DNA of 16,273 nt, taken from positions 1 to 16,273 of the forward strand of contig DXJL01000151.1 of the NCBI GenBank assembly GCA_019057635.1. The letters are read 5' to 3'. The notes beneath the pieces are model-generated. The model searched no databases. It saw nothing but the letters and a program-made list of their open reading frames with translations, and was not told where the DNA came from. Origin of the DNA: Candidatus Heimdallarchaeota archaeon. GTDB lineage: Archaea > Asgardarchaeota > Heimdallarchaeia > Hodarchaeales > Hodarchaeaceae. Positions 1-7,683 of this stretch are shown here, one piece after another. The stretch's first letter is position 1; each line of letters begins with the position of its first letter. Position numbers and translations under genes: made by a program.

Positions 1-216
1 CGACTGTCTGACATGCCAGAGAAATTTAGTTGTATCTTTATTGAAACCCCTCAACCAGATGGGCCTTTTGGCGCACGTCCTATTGCAGAACATCCTGCGT
101 TAGGCCCTCCCTCAGTCATTTTGAATGCAATACAGAGGGTTACTGGCATTTCTTTTACCAGTATTCCCGTAACTAAAGAACGGATGCTAAATGCATTGAA
201 AGCAGGAGAAAAATAA
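1..216 (+). CDS. C-terminal fragment of a xanthine dehydrogenase/aldehyde oxidoreductase family molybdopterin-binding (large) subunit; 5'-truncated by the window edge
   Basis: The frame is open from base 1 (RLSDMPEKF...). The sequence DMP...ETPQPDGPFGARPIAE...ILNAIQRVTGISFTSIPVT matches the typical C-terminus (GPFGAKGxGE...NAI...G...LP.TPE). The 2Fe-2S subunit gene follows directly. Confidence 0.9.
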   Translation, partial: RLSDMPEKFSCIFIETPQPDGPFGARPIAEHPALGPPSVILNAIQRVTGISFTSIPVTKERMLNALKAGEK

Positions 217-217
217 A

Positions 218-685
218 ATGGAATTGACGATAATAATAAACAACAAAGACTACACCTTCTCTGTTGATCCGTCTGACTCCTTGCTTAGTATTCTTCGTGA
301 GCATCTCTCTTTTACAGGAACCAAAAATGGCTGCAGCCAAGGCCACTGTGGGGCGTGTACAGTTGTTGTTAATGGAAAAGCTGTTAAAAGCTGTATTACA
401 AAAGCCAAGAAATTAGAAAATGCCGAAGTTCTCACGATTGAGGGCGTATCGAGTAATTTTACTCTTGATGCAATTCAAGAAGCATTTATTGAAGCCACTG
501 CCGTCCAGTGTGGGTTCTGTACCCCTGGATATATTATGGAATTATATGCTCTATTACAAGCTGACCCTGATGCGGAAAAAGAGGAGATTCATAAAGCTCT
601 CGAAAAACATCTTTGCCGTTGCACAGGTTATCAGCCTATTATTGATGCAGCTTTACTTGCTCAAGAAAAGATTAAGAATTCATAG
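218..685 (+). CDS. (2Fe-2S)-binding small subunit of a xanthine dehydrogenase/CoxS family molybdoenzyme
   Basis: Motifs GTKNGCSQGHCGACTV...KSC and QCGFCTPG...HLCRCTGY give the two 2Fe-2S sites. The gene starts 1 nt after the large-subunit stop. Confidence 0.96.
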   Translation: MELTIIINNKDYTFSVDPSDSLLSILREHLSFTGTKNGCSQGHCGACTVVVNGKAVKSCITKAKKLENAEVLTIEGVSSNFTLDAIQEAFIEATAVQCGFCTPGYIMELYALLQADPDAEKEEIHKALEKHLCRCTGYQPIIDAALLAQEKIKNS

Positions 686-690
686 GGTTC

Positions 691-1080
691 TTACTTAATT
701 CTTGGTTCTCCTACAAATTGAATCTTATTACCCTCAGAATCAACTGCATTGAAGTAAGATACCAATTCTGGTATGTCAATAATATCATCTGATTGAATAT
801 TTTTTTCCTCTAACAGTTTTTTAGCCTCATCCAGATCAGTTACATCGAAGGTTAGGACACCTGATCCTGGAACCAAACTAGCTGTTTCAGGGAGAAGATT
901 TAATCCCAATTTTGTACCTTCTACAGGTAAATTAAGTTCGCACCATCCTACTTCACTACCACCATCCCAAACCACTTCAAATCCAAATGTTTCGACATAA
1001 AAATTCTTAGCTCGTTCAATATCTTTTACACTATATTGAAAATACAGAGAATCTGTCTTAAATGGAAATTTTGAGCTCAT
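691..1080 (-). CDS. VOC/glyoxalase/bleomycin-resistance family protein
   Basis: VKDIERAKNFYVETFGF, LTFDVTDLDEA and DSEGNKIQF are typical VOC motifs; 129 aa. Confidence 0.9.
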   Translation of the reverse strand: MSSKFPFKTDSLYFQYSVKDIERAKNFYVETFGFEVVWDGGSEVGWCELNLPVEGTKLGLNLLPETASLVPGSGVLTFDVTDLDEAKKLLEEKNIQSDDIIDIPELVSYFNAVDSEGNKIQFVGEPRIK

Positions 1081-1287
1081 AGTCTTTTCACAACCTTTTT
1101 TCGCTAATTTTATTTCCGTTATTTCTCCTTGAAAATCCTATTTTTTTTTTGGATAGGAGGAAATTGAAGGTTACTCAAAGATAACGACACATTATAAAAC
1201 TGGGATTACGAAAATCGTTGTGTCTAAACTCAGCTATCGAGTCAAACGCTGAGATTCATTTAAGACTAAAAATGGATAGTATGGAAA

Positions 1288-2019
1288 TTGAGTATATTAG
1301 AAAAGATTCAGTCAATAAAAAGTCTTTATATATTAGTGGCTTTAGGTGCAGCTATCGGAATTATCTCTGGAATTGGAGCTACCTGTGTAACGTTTGATGC
1401 CAGATGGTGGAAAGTATCTGCTTTCTCCATTGTAGAAGATTATCAGATGGTCTGGATTATTTGCTATTTTGTTACGTGGTTAGTAGGTATATTATGGGTT
1501 GTTCTATATTGGGCATTAAAATCAGGAAAATCATGGTTCTATAAAGTTTCCATTGTTAATTGTATCTTGGGATTCTTTAGTGGGGCTATTCCCTCCTGGT
1601 TATTATTTTACGAAGATTGGGCGAGCTATGGTGAGTCGGGAATGAAATTCACGCCTTCTTGGTTCCGAGCCATAGGAAATGTGATCATACTCCTAGTATT
1701 ATTGCTACCCAAAATGAGAAGTAATCTTTCAACCCACATGGCGGAAAAAAGTGGAGCTGTTGGCGGAAGTCTCGGTTCACAGGTGGCGAATTTTGCACTA
1801 GTAGTGTTAAGTTTCGGGGCTTTGTTAATTGTTCAACCTATCTTTATGCCAATGACACATCCAATAAATGCTGACGTATACATGTATACTGGTAACTGGC
1901 TGGAAGCATTCCAGTACTATGTTGGTTTATCCTCTATCGTGCTTGGAATAATTCTACGATTCGTTGGTCAAATATTAAACATTGTCTATACTCCTAAACC
2001 TACGTCTACAAAAGCATAA
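1288..2019 (+). CDS. Hypothetical integral membrane protein (about 6 TM helices)
   Basis: 243-aa ORF with a TTG start and about six hydrophobic segments, followed by a hairpin plus T-run. No family recognised. Confidence 0.75.
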   Translation: MSILEKIQSIKSLYILVALGAAIGIISGIGATCVTFDARWWKVSAFSIVEDYQMVWIICYFVTWLVGILWVVLYWALKSGKSWFYKVSIVNCILGFFSGAIPSWLLFYEDWASYGESGMKFTPSWFRAIGNVIILLVLLLPKMRSNLSTHMAEKSGAVGGSLGSQVANFALVVLSFGALLIVQPIFMPMTHPINADVYMYTGNWLEAFQYYVGLSSIVLGIILRFVGQILNIVYTPKPTSTKA

Positions 2020-2042
2020 AGGATAACAGTTTCTCCTTTGGA

Positions 2043-2081
2043 TTTAGAAGATCGAATGATTTTCTAAACCTCTTTTTTTTT
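2043..2081 (+). terminator. Hairpin plus T-run terminator between convergent genes
   Basis: TTTAGAAGATC-GAAT-GATTTTCTAAA forms an 11-bp stem with one G-U pair, followed by CCTC and T9. It lies between the stops of the 1288-2019 and 2097-2564 genes. Confidence 0.65.
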
Positions 2082-2096
2082 CGACTGGAAGATTTA

Positions 2097-2564
2097 CTAG
2101 TCACATTCTTGAATTTGAAAAAGCTCTTTTGCGGTATCAATATCGATGATTGGGACTGCATTATGTATACAAGCGAAGCTTCTACATTTCTTAACCTTTA
2201 TGCCACCCCATTTAACGCCCCAACCTTTCAAAACACTAAAAATAACAGCGAAATCTTCTCCTTTGTCAGTCAAAGAGTAACCAACACGAATGGGCATTTT
2301 TTCACTATGAACAAGTCGGTTAACAACCCCATGTTCTTCTAACCGACTTAGACTTTCTGATAAAACACGTGCAGATATCTTCTCATTATAGTGGCCAAGG
2401 ATTTGTTCCTGTAATTGGCTAAAATAAAGTTCTTGGCACATCAATAATTCACAAATGATGTATAATGTCCATTTACGGCCTAATATTTTCATGGCAAGGC
2501 TAGCTGCACATTCATCAGGTTCTGTTTCATTCATAGCGGTGTTCCACAAAAATTGATCAGTCAT
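2097..2564 (-). CDS. HxlR-family (MarR/DUF24) winged-helix transcriptional regulator, Cys-rich
   Basis: C-x6-ILGRKWTLYII, FSQLQ, ISARVLSESLSRLEEHGVVNR, PIRVGYSLTDKG and WG match the HxlR signature. It has six Cys, including N-terminal C19. Confidence 0.92.
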   Translation of the reverse strand: MTDQFLWNTAMNETEPDECAASLAMKILGRKWTLYIICELLMCQELYFSQLQEQILGHYNEKISARVLSESLSRLEEHGVVNRLVHSEKMPIRVGYSLTDKGEDFAVIFSVLKGWGVKWGGIKVKKCRSFACIHNAVPIIDIDTAKELFQIQECD

Positions 2565-2604
2565 CCGAGTAATAGCTTTCTTCCATTATAAATATATCGT
2601 CTTT

Positions 2605-2733
2605 AGTAAGTTGCTTACCATAATGTAATACTATATACAAAAGATAACGGATTCTTTGTTGGATACATTTCAACTATCTAGCTACTTACTTTCTCGCTAC
2701 TGACTTACTTTTTTATTCCCGAAAACTTATTTT
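2605..2733. promoter_or_regulatory. Divergent promoter region with candidate operator repeats
   Basis: Palindrome TTAC-N6-GTAA at 2615-2628; ACTTACTTT at 2684-2692 and 2703-2711; ACTTATTTT at 2725-2733; AGTAAGT (reverse complement of ACTTACT) at 2605-2611. Confidence 0.4.
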
Positions 2734-2866
2734 CTTGCTTTCGTTTGTTTCGTTGATTCACGCAAAGATTATAAAAGAAGCCTCAGTAATATGAAGTTCG
2801 TGTGTAAAAATCTCAAAAAAATTTAACTTATTGCACAAGAATGATTCTAACAACTGAAATATTGAG

Positions 2867-3571
2867 TTGAAAGACATGACACTGCTAGAAACTGGTAAGT
2901 CACTACTAGAAACTGATTTGATAGGAGCAATTGTGCTTCTAGTTGTAGGTATTGTGGCTATTGTATTAGCCCTCTTACTACTGAAGGAATACCTTGCTTC
3001 CAAGAAAATGTATCATTTAGCCTGGGCACTTAGCTTTTTAGTTCTTTTTATCTCGGGGGTTTTGATTATTTTCCTTGGATGGACTGATACTTTAGAAAAT
3101 CCACTTGTCCCTCCTGTGGCTGCATTAATCCCAGCAGGACTAGCTATAGGACTTCTTTATGCAGTCTTTGAAGAGAAACAATATGGATTTTATTATGCAA
3201 TATATGCTCTAGTATTGATTGCTATTTTAGCAGTCATTAAATTAATGGAGCTAGACTTTGCATCCTTTGTTTTAATGGGTGTTCACATTCCCTCTGGGGT
3301 GATAATATCATTTCTGCCAGTATACACAGCATTTACTAAAGAAACAGAATGGACAAGTATATTCTTTGGAATTGGTGGTTTACTGATTTCATTTGGTGGC
3401 GTTTTGCTCGCCTTCGCAACAGTAGAAGGAATGGAAGCAATTTTGCCATTTGAGGATATTCTTGATATCTTACCGTTCTTATTACTCGTCGTAGGAGTAT
3501 TCTTTGCTCTCGGGATCGGTATTCCATCAAAATGGAAAGTGGAAATACCTGTAATAAGTGAATTATTTTAG
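2867..3571 (+). CDS. Uncharacterised 7-TM membrane protein, first gene of the heme-related operon
   Basis: Seven hydrophobic segments, with His in YHLAW and MGVHIPSG. The start may be the ATG at 2876. The stop overlaps an AGGTGA RBS for the next gene. Confidence 0.85.
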   Translation: MKDMTLLETGKSLLETDLIGAIVLLVVGIVAIVLALLLLKEYLASKKMYHLAWALSFLVLFISGVLIIFLGWTDTLENPLVPPVAALIPAGLAIGLLYAVFEEKQYGFYYAIYALVLIAILAVIKLMELDFASFVLMGVHIPSGVIISFLPVYTAFTKETEWTSIFFGIGGLLISFGGVLLAFATVEGMEAILPFEDILDILPFLLLVVGVFFALGIGIPSKWKVEIPVISELF

Positions 3572-3575
3572 GTGA
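3570..3575 (+). promoter_or_regulatory. Archaeal-type Shine-Dalgarno sequence (AGGTGA)
   Basis: AGGTGA lies 7 nt upstream of the ATG at 3583 and overlaps the upstream stop codon, suggesting translational coupling. Confidence 0.65.
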
Positions 3576-3582
3576 ATAATCA

Positions 3583-5178
3583 ATGAATGTAGAAAATTCT
3601 TCTGACTCAAAAATGGATTGGTTAAAGAGAAAGATAAATTACGGTGCTACCTACAAAGGTATGATTACTTTTACGGTTGTTTGGCTTTTTGTAATAGTAC
3701 TATTTTTATCTACATTTTCTGAACCAATAGAACTTATACTCGGTCAACCTTTATTGCCCATCTCATTATCTGCTGAGGCTGTTGACAGAGCAGGCCGCAT
3801 TATAATACTTTACCATAGCATAGCAGTACCAGTTGTTGCAGTATGCACATATTTTGTATTAATGTTAATGGATGTCCGTGAAAAGTTCAAATCAAGAGTA
3901 AAATGGCCCATATTCTTTGGAAGTCTCTTAACTTCAGCCAGCGGTATATTGTTTGCATATATCTTTCCTGATCAATGGATTTTACATGGTCTATACTTAG
4001 TTGGGCTATCATTATGTTTCTATGCCGGAATCATGCTTCTGCTTGGGGTTTTTCCAACCAAATCCTTTCCGAAACGAGATGCGGACAACAGTCGAAACGT
4101 TGTCCTAGGTCAATCCGCACTGACACTCCTAACTTTCTGTCTTTTACTGAGTGTTATTCTTGGAGGGGCGATAGGATCCTTTTTCGGGAATGGTTTACTT
4201 CCTTTACTTGCAGAGTATTTCCTTCGACCTTATGACCATGTTACCTACCCAGAACTCTTCGTAGATGGAATTAAAGCACATTTACACGTTATGTTAGCAC
4301 TTATTGATGTAGTTATTTTACTCGTTCTCTATCGATATACTGTACCAGACCAAAAAGGAAAATGGTATCGAATCTCGATGATTCTTGCTATGCCAGGTAT
4401 GTTAATTATGTCAATAGGTTCTTGGGCTGTTACTTTTAATTCAGTGATCGTTTTTCCTTTTGATATGCATTACTTGATTTATGTTGGAGCTGCCATTCTT
4501 GTGACCGTTGGCCTAATTTTGGCATTAACGGGCTGGAATAAAATGAGTAAAGAATTTCTTGGTGATAACTATGAATCTGCGTCGTGGATTGCTCGGTCTA
4601 AGGCAGTTTTCAAAGACCCTGTGAAATTTACGCTTTACTTTCAATTAATTTGGGTAAATTTCGTAATGACATTTGGCGGAATATTCCTAGCCCTCAGTCT
4701 CCGTGGACCGACTGATCCTGAAGGAGCTTCTCCGTTCTCAAAAGTGCTTGATATTGTAGCTTTTCGAGATGGACCCTTAGCAGTTGAAACCACAGTCGCA
4801 AGGGGTCATTGGCACATCTTAGCCACATTATCGGCAATCATGCTGGTACTTCTACTGACTGATGTCCTAGATATACAGGGTACTGCCCGAAAGGTGATGG
4901 GTTGGCTGGCATTTGCAGGTAATATTGTCGCATTTGGTTTTGGAATGATATATTTGTATTATCCCCACTTTGATCAAGACTGGGCGGTGAACTTGAATAA
5001 ATATGTAGATGTTAGAGAGTTTTGGGCGAACCAAGAATTATTCGGGTTTGGCAATTGGTTACCACTTACAATGGATCTTGGAATCATGCTTCTTATTATC
5101 GTAATAACAATTTTCTGCTTCCACCAGTTAATTCAGATAACAAAAGGTAGACATGATGTCAAGAAATGGCCAGAGTAA
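3583..5178 (+). CDS. 12-TM His-rich membrane protein, putative divergent heme-copper oxidase subunit I-like fold lacking CuB ligands
   Basis: 531 aa with 12 hydrophobic helices by eye: H78 (LYHS, TM2), H233/H235 (AHLH, TM6) and H409/H411 (GHWH, TM10). Adjacent to heme O synthase. The CDS is well supported; the fold call is inference. Confidence 0.65.
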   Translation: MNVENSSDSKMDWLKRKINYGATYKGMITFTVVWLFVIVLFLSTFSEPIELILGQPLLPISLSAEAVDRAGRIIILYHSIAVPVVAVCTYFVLMLMDVREKFKSRVKWPIFFGSLLTSASGILFAYIFPDQWILHGLYLVGLSLCFYAGIMLLLGVFPTKSFPKRDADNSRNVVLGQSALTLLTFCLLLSVILGGAIGSFFGNGLLPLLAEYFLRPYDHVTYPELFVDGIKAHLHVMLALIDVVILLVLYRYTVPDQKGKWYRISMILAMPGMLIMSIGSWAVTFNSVIVFPFDMHYLIYVGAAILVTVGLILALTGWNKMSKEFLGDNYESASWIARSKAVFKDPVKFTLYFQLIWVNFVMTFGGIFLALSLRGPTDPEGASPFSKVLDIVAFRDGPLAVETTVARGHWHILATLSAIMLVLLLTDVLDIQGTARKVMGWLAFAGNIVAFGFGMIYLYYPHFDQDWAVNLNKYVDVREFWANQELFGFGNWLPLTMDLGIMLLIIVITIFCFHQLIQITKGRHDVKKWPE

Positions 5179-5209
5179 ATAACAAAAGTGCATACTAGAA
5201 AAGGATCGA

Positions 5210-6160
5210 TTGACCTTTATGACGAACACTGACTCCCCAGATCAGTTACAGGTATACGAACAAGCAACTGTAGCTACTACCACGACCACACCGTTTTTTC
5301 TTTATGGAGAACTAATTAAAAAAAAGCAGACATTCTTGTTGGTATACACAAGCCTATTTGCCTACCTAATTAGTGCATGGTCGACTACTTTCGACTTGAA
5401 TGTATTCTTGTGGTTGACTGTGGGGATTTTTTTTGCAATCTCGGGAAGTACACTCTTGAATATGTATATTGATCGAGATATTGACGCATTAATGGAAAGA
5501 ACAAAAGATCGCCCACTACCCATGGGAAAAATATCACCTGGGACGGTTCTTCGACATGGCTTCCTCTTTACATTTGCAGGTCTTTTAGCAATTGCGATAT
5601 TTGTGAACTACTTGACGTCAGTGGTTGTATTTCTTGGTGCCTTCTTTGATGTTGTTGTATATTCAGTCATATTAAAACGTAGAACTCGATTTTCTATCAT
5701 TTTTGGTGGAGTTGCAGGTGGTTTACCAGCACTAGCTGGAACCACTGCGGCCACTGGATCGATAACACTTCCTGGTGTTTTGATGGGTTTATTCGTTTTA
5801 TGCTGGATACCTCTGCATATTCTAACTCTTGCATTACTCCCTGAAAACTTAGTAGGTTATCGAAAAGCGCAAATACCAATGTGGCCAGTGATTCGGAGCG
5901 AATCTCAGACTATACAAGTTATAACATTATCAGCAATTCTCAGTACAATATTGATTGTATTGACAGGAATTGCATTAAAAATTCGGTTATTGCTTTTATT
6001 GCCCTTATTTGGATTTACTATCTATATGATATGGCAATCGGTAAAAAATCTGAGACAACCAACACAGGCACGAACTTTTTGGATCTTCAAACTTGCATCT
6101 ATGCTGATGGCAATGGCATTTTTATGGCTCTTTATAGGAGTTGTTGCATCTCCACCCTAG
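5210..6160 (+). CDS. ctaB: Protoheme IX farnesyltransferase (heme O synthase), UbiA prenyltransferase family
   Basis: NMYIDRDIDALMERTKDRPLPMG, YSVILKRRT, GGVAGGLPALAG, WIPLH and YRKAQIPMWPV are CyoE/CtaB motifs. The start may be the ATG at 5219. Confidence 0.93.
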   Translation: MTFMTNTDSPDQLQVYEQATVATTTTTPFFLYGELIKKKQTFLLVYTSLFAYLISAWSTTFDLNVFLWLTVGIFFAISGSTLLNMYIDRDIDALMERTKDRPLPMGKISPGTVLRHGFLFTFAGLLAIAIFVNYLTSVVVFLGAFFDVVVYSVILKRRTRFSIIFGGVAGGLPALAGTTAATGSITLPGVLMGLFVLCWIPLHILTLALLPENLVGYRKAQIPMWPVIRSESQTIQVITLSAILSTILIVLTGIALKIRLLLLLPLFGFTIYMIWQSVKNLRQPTQARTFWIFKLASMLMAMAFLWLFIGVVASPP

Positions 6161-6290
6161 GTGAAGTAGAGTAATTAGAAGGAATCGTCCTTTTCATTTT
6201 TCCTCCTCTTTTTTCTTTTACAGCTCTTTAGCTAGTGTTAGTCGTCTATGGGTAAAAATCTCACCTCAATTTGATCAGGAAGACTTCTAC

Positions 6291-7109
6291 ATGAAAATTA
6301 CCAGCAAAGTTCTATTAAATAACGGGAGAGAAATTCCTTATCTTGGTTTGGGAGTTTATCAGATAAGACCCAGTCAAGCTAATCAGGTATTTCAATGGGC
6401 TATAGATATGGGGTACCGTTTATTTGATACCGCCAGCCTTTACGGAAATGAAAAAGAGGTTGGAAAGGCAATTTCGACTAGTACCATCTCTCGTTGTGAG
6501 TTTTTTATAACATCTAAGCTCTGGAATAGTGATCAGGGATACAAAAACGCTCTCTCGGCATTTGAGAAAAGCATGGATAGATTTGGTTTGGATTATATAG
6601 ATCTATATTTAATCCATTGGCCTGTTGCTAATTTAAGGTTAGAATCCTGGGATGCACTTGAATCATTGTTAGAAACTGAGAGGGTAAAAGCGATTGGAGT
6701 CAGTAATTACATGATCAATCATCTAGAAGAACTCTTGCGGAAGTGTTCGGTTATTCCAGCAATAAATCAGGTTGAATTTCATCCTTGGCTGTATAACAAA
6801 GCTCTTCTGAAGTATTGCGAAGATAATCAAATTCAATTGCAAGCGTATAGCCCATTAACAAAAGGCCAGAAACTTGGAGATAAAACATTAAAAGAAATTG
6901 GAGATAAGTATGGAAAATCTCCTTCACAGATCCTCATTCGTTGGTGCTTACAACACAATGTTCCAACTATTCCAAAAAGTGCTGATAAACAACATTTAGA
7001 ACAAAATATCAATGTTTTTGATTTTAACCTTTCTCATAAGGATATGGAGAAACTAGATTTATTGAATCAGGATTATTCAGTAACCTGGGATCCAAGAGAT
7101 TATCCTTAA
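6291..7109 (+). CDS. Aldo/keto reductase (2,5-DKG reductase/YvgN-like)
   Basis: GLGVYQ, GYRLFDTASLYGNE, FITSKLW, DLYLIHWP, IGVSNY, NQVEFHP and IPKS. Confidence 0.96.
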   Translation: MKITSKVLLNNGREIPYLGLGVYQIRPSQANQVFQWAIDMGYRLFDTASLYGNEKEVGKAISTSTISRCEFFITSKLWNSDQGYKNALSAFEKSMDRFGLDYIDLYLIHWPVANLRLESWDALESLLETERVKAIGVSNYMINHLEELLRKCSVIPAINQVEFHPWLYNKALLKYCEDNQIQLQAYSPLTKGQKLGDKTLKEIGDKYGKSPSQILIRWCLQHNVPTIPKSADKQHLEQNINVFDFNLSHKDMEKLDLLNQDYSVTWDPRDYP

Positions 7110-7132
7110 TTTCGTTACAAGAATGGTTTGCT

Positions 7133-7633
7133 TTAAACATCGACGAATTTATATTCATAATTAGATTTGTCAATGTTTAAAATCATCACAGTATTTTTGG
7201 GGGCAAATCTTTTATCAGTTGGTGAACCAGGATTTAACATTAAAATTTCATTTCTAATTTCAGCTGTAGGATGATGTGTGTGTCCTGATACTATAATATG
7301 GGGGTTATCATTTTGAAAAAGATCTTGTACCCTTGAAATGTAACCTGATGAACCCCCATTACCATGAGTCAAACCTATCTCAAGCTCTTCCACCTTAAAC
7401 GTTAGTTTTGGAAGGAATTTTTGTTTCACTTCCCAGCTGCACATATTCCCATACACAGCTTTAAGAGGAGCTATCGCTTCCAAAGTATCCGCAACATCAA
7501 GTTTTTCAAAATCACCTGCGTGTAGGATCATATCGACGTCTTTAAACGCTGCTAGTACTGATTGTGGTAATTTTCCACTCCGTGATGGAATATGGGTATC
7601 TGAAATCAAACCTATAACTTTCAAAAGCGTCAA
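7133..7633 (-). CDS. Metallophosphoesterase, YfcE/MJ0936/Vps29 family
   Basis: SDTH, HAGD, GNM, THG, GHTH and NPGS motifs. An AGGTGA sequence abuts the TTG at 7633, so the true start may be the TTG at 7624. Confidence 0.93.
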   Translation of the reverse strand: MTLLKVIGLISDTHIPSRSGKLPQSVLAAFKDVDMILHAGDFEKLDVADTLEAIAPLKAVYGNMCSWEVKQKFLPKLTFKVEELEIGLTHGNGGSSGYISRVQDLFQNDNPHIIVSGHTHHPTAEIRNEILMLNPGSPTDKRFAPKNTVMILNIDKSNYEYKFVDV

Positions 7634-7683
7634 TTCACCTTACGTATAGTTGATTGGGTAGTTAAAATAAAATTTTACATTGG

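Noticed and set aside
1183-1260. Small inverted repeats (GACAC/GTGTC, CTCAGC/GCTGAG) suggesting a riboswitch or ncRNA leader
   Set aside because: The stems are only 5-6 bp, no known RNA motif is recognisable, and the region contains a likely TATA box.
2879-2915. Short tandem duplication (TLLETG / SLLETD) at the start of the 7-TM gene
   Set aside because: Only two imperfect copies within coding sequence; no array or functional implication.
2867-3571. Rhodopsin or heliorhodopsin because of the 7 TMs
   Set aside because: There is no DxxxK/SxxxK retinal-binding Lys within TM7.
3583-5178. Calling the 12-TM protein a bona fide cytochrome c oxidase subunit I, NorB or heme A synthase
   Set aside because: It has no HPxVY/HLWVE or HH motif and there is no subunit II in the window. 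CtaA has 8 TMs with an EWxHR motif, which is absent.
5266-5290. Thr-rich run (TVATTTTT) in the CtaB N-terminus
   Set aside because: Mixed codons in a low-complexity, probably disordered tail; not a microsatellite or phase-variation tract.
7133-7633. Vps29 (retromer) eukaryotic signature protein, since SDTHIPSR...LP resembles the Vps29 N-terminus
   Set aside because: All metal ligands are intact and the motifs fit ordinary prokaryotic YfcE/MJ0936 phosphoesterases. No retromer-like neighbours are present. A phylogeny would be needed.
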